Virus record (IMG/VR): IMGVR_UViG_3300030419_006105
Location: 1-64,000 of that record
Source of the DNA: a virus
Length of the DNA: 64,000 nt
Direction: 5' to 3' (one strand)
Within the stretch, counting starts at the first letter, position 1; every line of letters starts with the position of its first letter. The position numbers and the translations under genes are program-made. The notes below the pieces were generated by a model. It did no database searches and was not told the DNA's origin. It was given only the letters and a program-made list of their open reading frames with translations. Below, in pieces: positions 1 through 8,204 of this stretch.

Positions 1-197
1 ATAAACTTAAACGACTTTGATTCATCTTTTTCGTCCCAGTTTTTATATACTGTAGGAGAAATATGAGGTATCCATACTTTTACTTTTCCACCTTTATCGG
101 GGTCGTTATTTTGAACTACTATACCTAGATAATTACCAAAATATTTTTTACTTTGATCTAAATCCGTATCAGGTGTTGCATTTACAAATATACTCAT
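1..197 (-). CDS. gp5-like baseplate hub/spike protein, N-terminal OB-fold (runs off the window edge)
   Basis: Not in the ORF track; manual translation from ATG at 197: MSIFVNATPDTDLDQSKKYFGNYLGIVVQNNDPDKGGKVKVWIPHI..., matching the gp5/VgrG-type GxVxxNxDPxxxGxVKV motif. Confidence 0.75.
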   Translation of the reverse strand, partial: MSIFVNATPDTDLDQSKKYFGNYLGIVVQNNDPDKGGKVKVWIPHISPTVYKNWDEKDESKSFKF

Positions 198-202
198 TGC
201 AA

Positions 203-1123
203 TTATTCTTGTGGAGAACCGTTATCAGGAAGAACTACTCTAGCTTTAACACCGGTAGATACACCCATTTCTACATCGAGAGAATATGGAGGTAATATTT
301 CTTCTATTGTCGACGAACCAGTTTGTTCTAATTGTGATTTAATTTCTCTATCTACTTCTTGTGCAGTTTGGGCTACTTTATCATTTACAACCTTTCCAGT
401 TCCAACTGGGTCTTCCTTAAACATCTTTTTACGACCATTACTTATACCTTGAGCTGCAGTAGCCACTTGAGTCTTAACTTCTACTTTAGCTTCGCTTATT
501 TTATCAGTAGATAATGTTTTAACACGATCAACACCTTTATGTTGCGCGCTTCTTTTACTAAATAAGTTTTTTATTGAATTATTAAAATCCTGAACCTCAG
601 CAACACTAGCAGGAGTAGCTCCAGGGCAGATATCTTTAATCTTTCCACGAATACGCTGTTTAAATAATGTAGTTTGATGTACTTTTAATTTTTGATAGGT
701 TAATTGTCTCAATTCAGCATCTATTTTAAACTCTAATTTATTTCTAAACTTTCCTAATATACCGTTAATACGATCTTCAAAATTTATAATAAAATCAACT
801 TCAGGGCTTTTATTCATTAAATCCCTTATAGCAGTATTAATACACCCTAGTACTTGTTGTTGTAATTGCATTATTAAACCTGCAGCTTGACCTTCTATAA
901 AATTTCTAGCTTGTGCTCCTAAACCATCTACTCCAGCTCCTTGACTTAAATCAATACCGGTAAAAGATTCTAACGTCTCATTAATAACTTGTTTTGGGGT
1001 TGCGTTTAGACCAGCTTTATAAGCCTGTCCGACTTGTGTAACCTGAGACGGAGTAATAGCATCTACTACATCAATTGCAGCTTGTTTTTGATCGTTAGCA
1101 AATGTGTCAAAGCTGAAAGCCAT
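203..1123 (-). CDS. Hypothetical protein, probably late/virion-associated
   Basis: 306 aa ORF directly upstream of the gp5-like gene; TAAATA 5 nt before the ATG. Confidence 0.6.
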   Translation of the reverse strand: MAFSFDTFANDQKQAAIDVVDAITPSQVTQVGQAYKAGLNATPKQVINETLESFTGIDLSQGAGVDGLGAQARNFIEGQAAGLIMQLQQQVLGCINTAIRDLMNKSPEVDFIINFEDRINGILGKFRNKLEFKIDAELRQLTYQKLKVHQTTLFKQRIRGKIKDICPGATPASVAEVQDFNNSIKNLFSKRSAQHKGVDRVKTLSTDKISEAKVEVKTQVATAAQGISNGRKKMFKEDPVGTGKVVNDKVAQTAQEVDREIKSQLEQTGSSTIEEILPPYSLDVEMGVSTGVKARVVLPDNGSPQE

Positions 1124-1128
1124 ATAAT

Positions 1129-1134
1129 TATTTA
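1129..1134 (-). promoter_or_regulatory. T4-type late promoter core TAAATA
   Basis: TAAATA-N5-ATG(1123); the same spacing recurs at many late genes; gp55 is encoded in the window. Confidence 0.6.
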
Positions 1135-1138
1135 TTGC

Positions 1139-1166
1139 TTGACCTTTATTGTGAAACTACTATAAT
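1139..1166 (+). promoter_or_regulatory. Sigma70-type early promoter for the dpdA-like operon
   Basis: TTGACC-N16-TATAAT-N6-ATG(1173). Confidence 0.7.
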
Positions 1167-1172
1167 AATGGG

Positions 1173-2006
1173 ATGACGATTAAGGTATCTCATGAATCTC
1201 CAATAGCTCTTCTTCCAGAGTCTGTAGATTATAACGATTATCAGTATTGCTTAGTTCATCTTATGGAAGAACAAGAACAATATAAAGAATGGTTTCTAGA
1301 AAAATATCAAGCTAAAGTACCATATGGTGAAATTCTCTTAGATAATTCCATCTTCGAGCTTAAAGAAGCATTTGATTCAGAAAAATACGCTGTTTGGTGC
1401 GAGAGAATTAAACCTAATTATTATATTGTTCCAGATGTTTTAGAAGATTCATGGGCAACTATGACTAAAATGGAAGAGTGGGATAAACAATATGGAAATG
1501 ATTTACCTGGATTAAAAATTGGTGCTGTGCAAGGTAAAACTTGGACCGAAATTGTTGAGTGTTATAGGTTCATGACAGCGTATGCTGATTATATTGCTAT
1601 TAGCTTTGATTTAAGCATGTATCAAGTAACAGGTACTAGTGGTAAGATTGATATAAATCCAAAACTTAAAAGACAAATGACTGGTCGTCAGCACCTAGTA
1701 AAGAGATTAATTGATGAAGGATGGTGGGACTGGGAAAAACCTCATCACTTGTTAGGAGCATCTCTTGCAAGAGAATTTAAATGGTATGTAGATAATAATA
1801 TCTACAATATTAGAAGTCTGGATACCTCTAACCCTGTAGTAGCTGGTCTATTAGGTCATACCTATAATGGAGACTTTGGGCTTAATATTAAACCGTCAAC
1901 ACTATTAGCTGATTTGATTAACGCTCAACCAGACGAGGATGCAATAGAACGTATTGAATATAATACAAGTCAATTTAAGCGCATTATTAAAAGAGAAGAT
2001 TGGTAA
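1173..2006 (+). CDS. dpdA: TGT-fold 7-deazaguanine transglycosylase-like protein (DpdA family, possibly DpdA3 type)
   Basis: TGT-like motifs LLDNS, IVPDV, GAVQG, HHLLG, SLDTSNP; clustered with queF and a formyltransferase. Confidence 0.7.
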   Translation: MTIKVSHESPIALLPESVDYNDYQYCLVHLMEEQEQYKEWFLEKYQAKVPYGEILLDNSIFELKEAFDSEKYAVWCERIKPNYYIVPDVLEDSWATMTKMEEWDKQYGNDLPGLKIGAVQGKTWTEIVECYRFMTAYADYIAISFDLSMYQVTGTSGKIDINPKLKRQMTGRQHLVKRLIDEGWWDWEKPHHLLGASLAREFKWYVDNNIYNIRSLDTSNPVVAGLLGHTYNGDFGLNIKPSTLLADLINAQPDEDAIERIEYNTSQFKRIIKREDW

Positions 2007-2587
2007 TGAAGTGGATAGCATTCTTTAGTCAGACTGGGTCTGAAATCGCGAACATCTCTAAAAAAATAAAAAGGTGGCCTGATCTTGTAGTCACTAATAA
2101 ACAGGATAATAAAGATGTAAATGTTGAACTACTATATCATTATAGAAAAGGTACTGAGGATAGTATAATTAGATTACCTAAATGGCCTAAAGAAATGGAT
2201 TATATTAGAGCAGCAGATGCTTTAAATTATTCTATTCTTAATGAGGATTGGAAGAAAGATGTGTTTGTAACTTTACATGGTTATCTTAGAATATTACCTC
2301 GTGATTTTACTAGATCGTCTAATATTTTTAACGGACATCCAGGAGCTATTCATATTCATCCTGAACTTAAAGGTTTTAATCCTCAAAAGAAAGCTTGGGA
2401 AGCAAACCATATTCGAGTCGGGTGCGTTATTCATAAAGTAACCCCCGAGCTCGATGATGGTCCTATTGTAGCTAAATCATTGATTGACAATAAGTTCAAT
2501 ACATATGAAGAGTTAGAAAAAGGACTACACGTTGAATCTACAAAACTTTGGATAAATTTTTTAAATGAAAGACTACGACACAATTAA
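2000..2587 (+). CDS. PurN-like formyltransferase (candidate preQ1 N-formyltransferase, DpdN type)
   Basis: FFSQTGS N-terminal loop, GYLRIL, NGHPG and GCVIHKVTPELDDGPI match the GAR transformylase fold; lies between dpdA-like and queF. Confidence 0.8.
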   Translation: MVMKWIAFFSQTGSEIANISKKIKRWPDLVVTNKQDNKDVNVELLYHYRKGTEDSIIRLPKWPKEMDYIRAADALNYSILNEDWKKDVFVTLHGYLRILPRDFTRSSNIFNGHPGAIHIHPELKGFNPQKKAWEANHIRVGCVIHKVTPELDDGPIVAKSLIDNKFNTYEELEKGLHVESTKLWINFLNERLRHN

Positions 2588-2915
2588 AACATCGGTTGAG
2601 AAAGATTACCCTGAGACATGTAATATGTTGAAGAATCTTTTAGAAGAAGAATATAGGCTCTTTATACGCAAACAATACGACTACGGTCCTACGAATATTT
2701 CCGTCGGTCAAGACTTATCTAAACCTGATGGCCAGCATGTTGCTAAGGCTGGACTAGTATTCCGTGTTAATGATAAAGTACAGAGACTCATTAATCTCAT
2801 CATTAAGAAACGTAGTACAGAAGCTGCCAATGAACCTATTGTTGATGCATGGAAAGATTCAAGTTTATATTGCAAAATTGCTCAGATAGTCGATAATGGT
2901 GTCTGGGGTAAATAA
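2565..2915 (+). CDS. DUF1599/nucleotide-modification-associated domain protein
   Basis: KQYDYG..N, RVNDKVQRL, NEPIVDAWKD..Y pattern; context in a base-modification cluster. Confidence 0.65.
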   Translation: MKDYDTIKTSVEKDYPETCNMLKNLLEEEYRLFIRKQYDYGPTNISVGQDLSKPDGQHVAKAGLVFRVNDKVQRLINLIIKKRSTEAANEPIVDAWKDSSLYCKIAQIVDNGVWGK

Positions 2916-3469
2916 TGTTAGTATCATTTACAGGTGCACAGAGTAGCGGAAAAACTACTCTGTTGCGTCGTTTTTTAGAAGATCATCCTTGGGGTAGTGT
3001 TGATGAAGTAACACGACGTATTCGTCGTGACGGTTTCGTTATTAACGACGACGGAATTGATTACAATGATACACAGTTAGCTATTTTCGCAGATCATTTA
3101 CAGAACATATTTACTTATAGCGGTAAACAAATGAATAATATTTTAGATCGCTGTATTGTAGATGGTTTTATTTATACGAGATATTTTCGTAAGTTAGGAA
3201 AAGTAAATGAATTTGTTGATAAAATGTTTAACTATGCTCTAAAGAGATATATAGAAAAATATGATTGTATTTTTTATACTAATCCATATGATGTTCCTCT
3301 TATTAATGACGGTGAAAGATCTATGAGCGAAAGCTTTAGGAATCAAATTATTGAATTATATGAACATTTAATATTAAATAAATATCCTAATATTTATATA
3401 CTTGAAGGTAGTGTAGAAAGTAGATATAATCAAATGGAAGAAATTATTGCTAATGTCAAAACTAGATAA
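2915..3469 (+). CDS. P-loop nucleotide/NMP kinase-like protein (AAA_28/NadR-like)
   Basis: Walker A GAQSSGKTT, LDRCIVD, DGER motif. Confidence 0.75.
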   Translation: MLVSFTGAQSSGKTTLLRRFLEDHPWGSVDEVTRRIRRDGFVINDDGIDYNDTQLAIFADHLQNIFTYSGKQMNNILDRCIVDGFIYTRYFRKLGKVNEFVDKMFNYALKRYIEKYDCIFYTNPYDVPLINDGERSMSESFRNQIIELYEHLILNKYPNIYILEGSVESRYNQMEEIIANVKTR

Positions 3470-4364
3470 TAAAAACGTAAGTAAGCATTTAGGTAAAACG
3501 AGTCAATATAAATCTCAATATGACCCTAAATTACTAGTAAGAGAGCCACGATCAAGTAATCGCAAGCATCTAGGTATTAAAGAAAAGGATTTACCTTTTA
3601 TCGGTTGTGATGTATGGAATGGATATGAAATATCTGCTCTAGCGAATAACGGTGTACCTATATGCGGAGTTGCTAAAGTTGTATATCCAAGTGATAGTAA
3701 ATATATTGTTGAATCTAAATCAATGAAGTTGTATTGGAATAGTTTTAATATGACTAAAATGGGAGATACCTTCTCACAAGTATATAAAAATATAGAAGAA
3801 ACTGCTTCAAAAGATTTAAGCAAATATCTACAAACAGATGTACGTGTAACTGTATTTCCATGTCATACGGAATTTACTGATAATAATCCTTATAATGATA
3901 ATACGTATAAGAGATTAGAAAGATCAGATGAGATAGACCCTGCAGGGTATTATGTAGATGTTTACAGTGAAGACCCTAGTCTGTTAACTACTAAACATAA
4001 AAACGCTACAACTATACCTTTTAAGGCTATGTCATCTCTACTTAAAAGTAACTGTCGTGTTACTTCACAGCCTGATTGGGGTGATGTATTTATATCATTA
4101 GAAGGTACTGACCATCCTTCAGAAAAAGAACTATTAAAATATATTATCTCTTTTAGAGATGAATGTCATTTTCATGAAGAAATTTGCGAGACGATCTTTA
4201 CTAGATTAAATAATACGTTTAATCCTAGATCTCTATTAGTAGCATGTTTGTATGTAAGGAGAGGAGGATGGGATATTAATCCTATTAGAACCACTCACGA
4301 ATATCTAATAGATGAATTCTTCTGGGATGATAAAGTTCCGTGGATTAAGACACTTAGACAATAA
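3447..4364 (+). CDS. queF: 7-cyano-7-deazaguanine (preQ0) reductase, bimodular QueF
   Basis: VESKSMKLYWNSF, catalytic KSNCRVTSQPDWG, FHEEICE, YVRRGGWDINP and C-terminal LRQ. Confidence 0.93.
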   Translation: MLMSKLDNKNVSKHLGKTSQYKSQYDPKLLVREPRSSNRKHLGIKEKDLPFIGCDVWNGYEISALANNGVPICGVAKVVYPSDSKYIVESKSMKLYWNSFNMTKMGDTFSQVYKNIEETASKDLSKYLQTDVRVTVFPCHTEFTDNNPYNDNTYKRLERSDEIDPAGYYVDVYSEDPSLLTTKHKNATTIPFKAMSSLLKSNCRVTSQPDWGDVFISLEGTDHPSEKELLKYIISFRDECHFHEEICETIFTRLNNTFNPRSLLVACLYVRRGGWDINPIRTTHEYLIDEFFWDDKVPWIKTLRQ

Positions 4365-4393
4365 AAAAAAGGGCGCTCTTTCGAGCGCCCTTT
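4363..4393 (-). terminator. Intrinsic terminator after gp23, probably bidirectional
   Basis: Stem AAAGGGCGCTC/GAGCGCCCTTT with a GAAA loop on the minus strand followed by a T-run; lies between convergent queF and gp23. Confidence 0.9.
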
Positions 4394-4412
4394 GCTTTTA
4401 ATCTTATACAGA

Positions 4413-5921
4413 TTATGAATAAGATGGGTTACCAGCAGCCGTAGCAACACCCAATCCAACAACAAATACTACATGGTAGTAGTTCGCTGCACCAAATAGG
4501 TGATCAACAACGCCGTAACGTGTTAACATACCCACTTTCGGATAGAATGAATCTGGATCAATCGAACGTTGAACCATAACTGGAATGTAAGGACAGTAAA
4601 TGATACCAGTATCATAATACTCAGGACCTTTATAACCAAGCAATGCGTACTCAATCTTAGCAGACTCAGTAGCAGTTGTTAAGTTGTAAGTAGCCTCTGT
4701 GCGTGTATCGCGGTAGATGTTAAAACGTCCACCAACGTTACCAACCTTAGCAACACCAACCGGTTGAGTGTTAACGTTACCGTCAACAGTCATCCATGAG
4801 AACTCAGGAAGCATCTCAAGCAGAGCGCAAACACGAGGAGTTGCAACGATAAAGTTAGCAGCACCACGACGGTTACGAACAGCAAGCCTGTTTGCTTCTA
4901 CGATCAACCTCTGATAGAAGTCACGGTTTCTTTCACCCATCCAACGAGCATCAGCTGTTGAAGACTTCCAGATTGAATAACCAATGTTCTTACCAGCGCC
5001 TGTAGCGGCCTTGATCATGCGAACAATCATTTCACGATCGATTTCAGCTTGAATCTCATAAGACATAGCATTTGTCAACTCAGCGTCAACATCAATACCA
5101 TTCATGTTCTTGAGATCCTGCTCTAACTCAACAGACCAACGAGCGTTCAACCTACGAGTACCAGCTTCAACAGCTGTCTTCTCGAAGCTCAACTCAATAG
5201 TTGGAGCTGTCTTACCGTTATCAAGCTCGAAAGCAGACAACGCAGCAGCGAAACCTTGATCAGTAGCATTGAAACCAGCAGACAACCAGTGAGTAGCTGG
5301 AACATCTGTATGGTTACTAGCTGTGCCATCTAAAGCTGCACCAAGTGTAGCAGTAGCAGAAGCACCTGTAAAGGCTGTATCCAAGTTATTGTGACCCATT
5401 TCACCAGTAGGTGCACCAGAAGAACCAGTGCCAGCAGTACCAGCGACAGAACTACCATAAGGTACGGGCGAAATAGTATTGCCATCGATCTTATTAGCAG
5501 TGTACTTATAACGAAGAGCAAATGCGAGACCAACCGGACCACTCATTGGCTGAACACCAACGATTTCGTTAGTAATCAACTCAGGGAATGTACGGCGAAT
5601 CATCGGAATAAGAATCTTCGGTAAACGAGCATCACTTGCAGCATATGTGTCGGCATCGTTATACGAGCCAGCACCCTGTCCAGCAGCCGGTGAAGGCGTA
5701 CCAAACGATCCACTAGCACCACCAGAGGTGTTAGCTTCCTTCAAACACCATTCCTCTTGGTTCTCAAGAAGGATGGCGGTGTTCAAACGCGTATGAGCGT
5801 TATCGATTGCTGAAACTTTATCAGAGGTATAATCCAATACAGGACTCCACTTCTCCAACAATGCTTGAGCTCGACTATTATCAATATAGTCTGTATTAGG
5901 ACGAGTTTCTGTTTCGTTCAT
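4413..5921 (-). CDS. gp23: Major capsid protein (T4 gp23-like)
   Basis: LLEKWSPVL, LLENQ, GVQPMSGPVGLAFALR, ELEQDLK, YCPYIP, TRYG motifs. Confidence 0.98.
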   Translation of the reverse strand: MNETETRPNTDYIDNSRAQALLEKWSPVLDYTSDKVSAIDNAHTRLNTAILLENQEEWCLKEANTSGGASGSFGTPSPAAGQGAGSYNDADTYAASDARLPKILIPMIRRTFPELITNEIVGVQPMSGPVGLAFALRYKYTANKIDGNTISPVPYGSSVAGTAGTGSSGAPTGEMGHNNLDTAFTGASATATLGAALDGTASNHTDVPATHWLSAGFNATDQGFAAALSAFELDNGKTAPTIELSFEKTAVEAGTRRLNARWSVELEQDLKNMNGIDVDAELTNAMSYEIQAEIDREMIVRMIKAATGAGKNIGYSIWKSSTADARWMGERNRDFYQRLIVEANRLAVRNRRGAANFIVATPRVCALLEMLPEFSWMTVDGNVNTQPVGVAKVGNVGGRFNIYRDTRTEATYNLTTATESAKIEYALLGYKGPEYYDTGIIYCPYIPVMVQRSIDPDSFYPKVGMLTRYGVVDHLFGAANYYHVVFVVGLGVATAAGNPSYS

Positions 5922-5989
5922 AATGTTATTTTCAATATTGTATCCACATTGGAGAATCAGGTAGTAAATACCTCATAGGTTAGATTACA

Positions 5990-6874
5990 TTACAGTCGCA
6001 TGTTAGCTAACTCTTGAGCATACATACTAGTTGCTGATTTAGGTGTATCTGAGCTCTCTGATACAGCTTCAACCTGTGCATCCTGTATTTTTGCTTCACT
6101 AGCAGCCTCTTCCTTAAGAATCTCAAGAGACTCTTGAGCTTTCTTATCGAACATATTAACCGTGTAATCAAAATTTTCTTCAATAAAAGAAAGATCTTTA
6201 TCTGCAAATGTCTTTCTGACGAAATTGCTCTTCTTTTCATCAAGACCAACAAGCTTCTTCTCTAAGAAAACATCTTTCTTAAGAGTTTCAACTTCAGTGG
6301 TTAATGAGCTATTTGCTTTAGTAAGTTCTTCAATATTCTTTTTAGACTCTTCAATAGTATTCTTCCCATCTTGAACAGCCTCTCTAATAGATTCATTAGC
6401 AAGTACCATATCTACTGAAAGCATTTTACGAATCTCTTCCAACACTCCCATGGCTCTCTTATTATTAGTAGCTTCTTCGATAGTAGCTGCTGGAACTGCT
6501 TCTGCGATATATGAGTCAAGATAATCAGAAACAGATTCAACAATTGTATCTTTTAAACCACCAGCCTCTTCATTAAGAGCAGTCTGATATTTACGAACAA
6601 CATTCTTAAGCTTACGAGCACGATCAGCATCTACGGCTTCAACAACTTTTTTGAGTTTTTTCGTGTGATCGTTGTCTATTGTTTCCATGAGCTGTTCCAA
6701 CTTCTTAGAATGCTCGTCGTCTTGAGCCGCTAAAGCAGCTTCAGTGGCGATCTGAGCACGCTCCTCAGATTTCTTTTCTACAGCTTCTGTAAACACTGCT
6801 TCGATTTGCTCTAGACTTTCTTCTGTGAGAACGTCTTTTCCAACTTCTTTAAGTAAATCAGTTATCTTGCTCAT
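5990..6874 (-). CDS. gp22: Prohead core scaffold protein (gp22-like)
   Basis: Acidic coiled-coil, VSDYLDSY, many L/I-x-E sites, directly upstream of gp23. Confidence 0.88.
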   Translation of the reverse strand: MSKITDLLKEVGKDVLTEESLEQIEAVFTEAVEKKSEERAQIATEAALAAQDDEHSKKLEQLMETIDNDHTKKLKKVVEAVDADRARKLKNVVRKYQTALNEEAGGLKDTIVESVSDYLDSYIAEAVPAATIEEATNNKRAMGVLEEIRKMLSVDMVLANESIREAVQDGKNTIEESKKNIEELTKANSSLTTEVETLKKDVFLEKKLVGLDEKKSNFVRKTFADKDLSFIEENFDYTVNMFDKKAQESLEILKEEAASEAKIQDAQVEAVSESSDTPKSATSMYAQELANMRL

Positions 6875-6876
6875 AA

Positions 6877-7023
6877 TTAAAATAAATTCTTTTTAGTTGC
6901 TTTTGCGATACTGGTTTTTAGTTTCGCCTCTACAACTGCTTTTAAATCTTTATTAGCAGCTGCATAGTTTTTGTCAATAATATTACTGACAAACGATTTG
7001 ATCTCTTGTTTTTGATCCATCAT
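6877..7023 (-). CDS. Small prohead core protein (gp67-like)
   Basis: Manual translation, 48 aa: MMDQKQEIKSFVSNIIDKNYAAANKDLKAVVEAKLKTSIAKATKKNLF; TAAATA at 7027-7032; lies between gp21 and gp22. Confidence 0.6.
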   Translation of the reverse strand: MMDQKQEIKSFVSNIIDKNYAAANKDLKAVVEAKLKTSIAKATKKNLF

Positions 7024-7051
7024 AATTATTTATCGTTTCTTAATGGTTTTT

Positions 7052-7714
7052 TTAAATGTTTTTAATAAAAGCAATTATTTTATTTGTTAAATAATCACTC
7101 ACATCCTTAGACGGTAACTTCTTTAAACCCTCTTCAAATTTATCATAATGCTCTTCAAACTCACCTTTACGGTTTAAAATCCATTGTTTTGATTCTAAAA
7201 TACCGTTAACAAATGCATCAGAATATGACGGATCTGCTACACAATCAATAGCAACCAACTTCATTTCTGTAACATGACCAACATCAGAACCCGTATCCTG
7301 ATCAATTTTTCCTAATGCGCGAGATGACATACCAACACGAACACCATCTAAAACTAAATTCTTTACTATAGTACCTGTAGGGGTATTTAATACTTTACTC
7401 TTACCATAAAATATATTACCATCCTGTTTCATTTCGGTAACTATGTGACATGCTCTTTCTAGATCTACTTCCGCTGTAGTGGGATGATTCAATTCACCCA
7501 TGGCACGGTCTTGTTGAATCATTTCTTTGTCGTATCTACTTACTTCTTCAACCATATTATCTAAATCATAGATACGTTTATTTTTGTTAACATCAGACGC
7601 CATCATATAAGGGCCTTTGATATATAATCGTTCCCCTGACTTGGCATTCTTCTCTTCAACAATATATTCGAACTCAGACGGATCCGTTTTTTCGATTAAA
7701 AGTTTAAAGGCCAT
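7052..7714 (-). CDS. gp21: Prohead core protease (gp21-like)
   Basis: NKNKRIY, AMGELNHP, GMSSRALG, DCVADPS motifs. Confidence 0.96.
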   Translation of the reverse strand: MAFKLLIEKTDPSEFEYIVEEKNAKSGERLYIKGPYMMASDVNKNKRIYDLDNMVEEVSRYDKEMIQQDRAMGELNHPTTAEVDLERACHIVTEMKQDGNIFYGKSKVLNTPTGTIVKNLVLDGVRVGMSSRALGKIDQDTGSDVGHVTEMKLVAIDCVADPSYSDAFVNGILESKQWILNRKGEFEEHYDKFEEGLKKLPSKDVSDYLTNKIIAFIKNI

Positions 7715-7742
7715 AACTGTTATAAAATATTTATTGTCTGTT

Positions 7743-8204
7743 CTAGTTTTTTCCGCTAAATAATTGCTTTTCAGTAAGAATTAAGAACTTATATCCATGA
7801 TCATCTGCCCAATGTTTTGCAGCTTTCCACTTAGCTTGATTAATAGAATACGTGGCTTGTTCATGGAGTAAAGTACTTTGCTTTTTTCTTCCTCTCATAA
7901 CCGGTGGTTGTGTTTGACTGTAAGGTTTAATTTCTACTAAATATTTTACCCTATGTCCACGTTCATTTAAAACGAGACTATTATCAACATAGTACTTGTG
8001 AGTTCTAGTATCAACAGGACTAATATATGGTACTACTATACCTTCACTAGTCCATTCTAAAACGTTTGAATTATAATCACACCACTTAAAGAAACGAAGC
8101 TCCCAAGAACTTCTATACTGTGGATATTTTTTACCAAGGAATTTTTCTCTATATAAAGGTCGATATATACCTTGTTTAAAATTACCTTTTTTAGGAGGAG
8201 CCAT
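7743..8204 (-). CDS. gp4: Head completion protein (gp4-like, TnsA-type nuclease fold)
   Basis: YRSSWE, W.SE...PY.SP, YYVD, VEIKP, NQAKWKAA, LTEK. Confidence 0.92.
   Translation of the reverse strand: MAPPKKGNFKQGIYRPLYREKFLGKKYPQYRSSWELRFFKWCDYNSNVLEWTSEGIVVPYISPVDTRTHKYYVDNSLVLNERGHRVKYLVEIKPYSQTQPPVMRGRKKQSTLLHEQATYSINQAKWKAAKHWADDHGYKFLILTEKQLFSGKN

Noticed and set aside
2000-2587. purN as a purine-biosynthesis auxiliary metabolic gene
   Set aside because: No other de novo pur genes in the window; overlap with the dpdA-like gene and proximity to queF favour a base-modification role
5330-5624. Short alternative-frame and antisense ORFs within gp23 (similar ones lie inside gp20, gp22, queF, hddA, uvsW and others)
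   Set aside because: Fully nested in well-supported genes, no motifs, and explained by codon bias of the real gene
7743-8204. TnsA-like transposase or homing endonuclease
   Set aside because: Motifs and position in the head module match T4 gp4; no transposon ends or other tns genes
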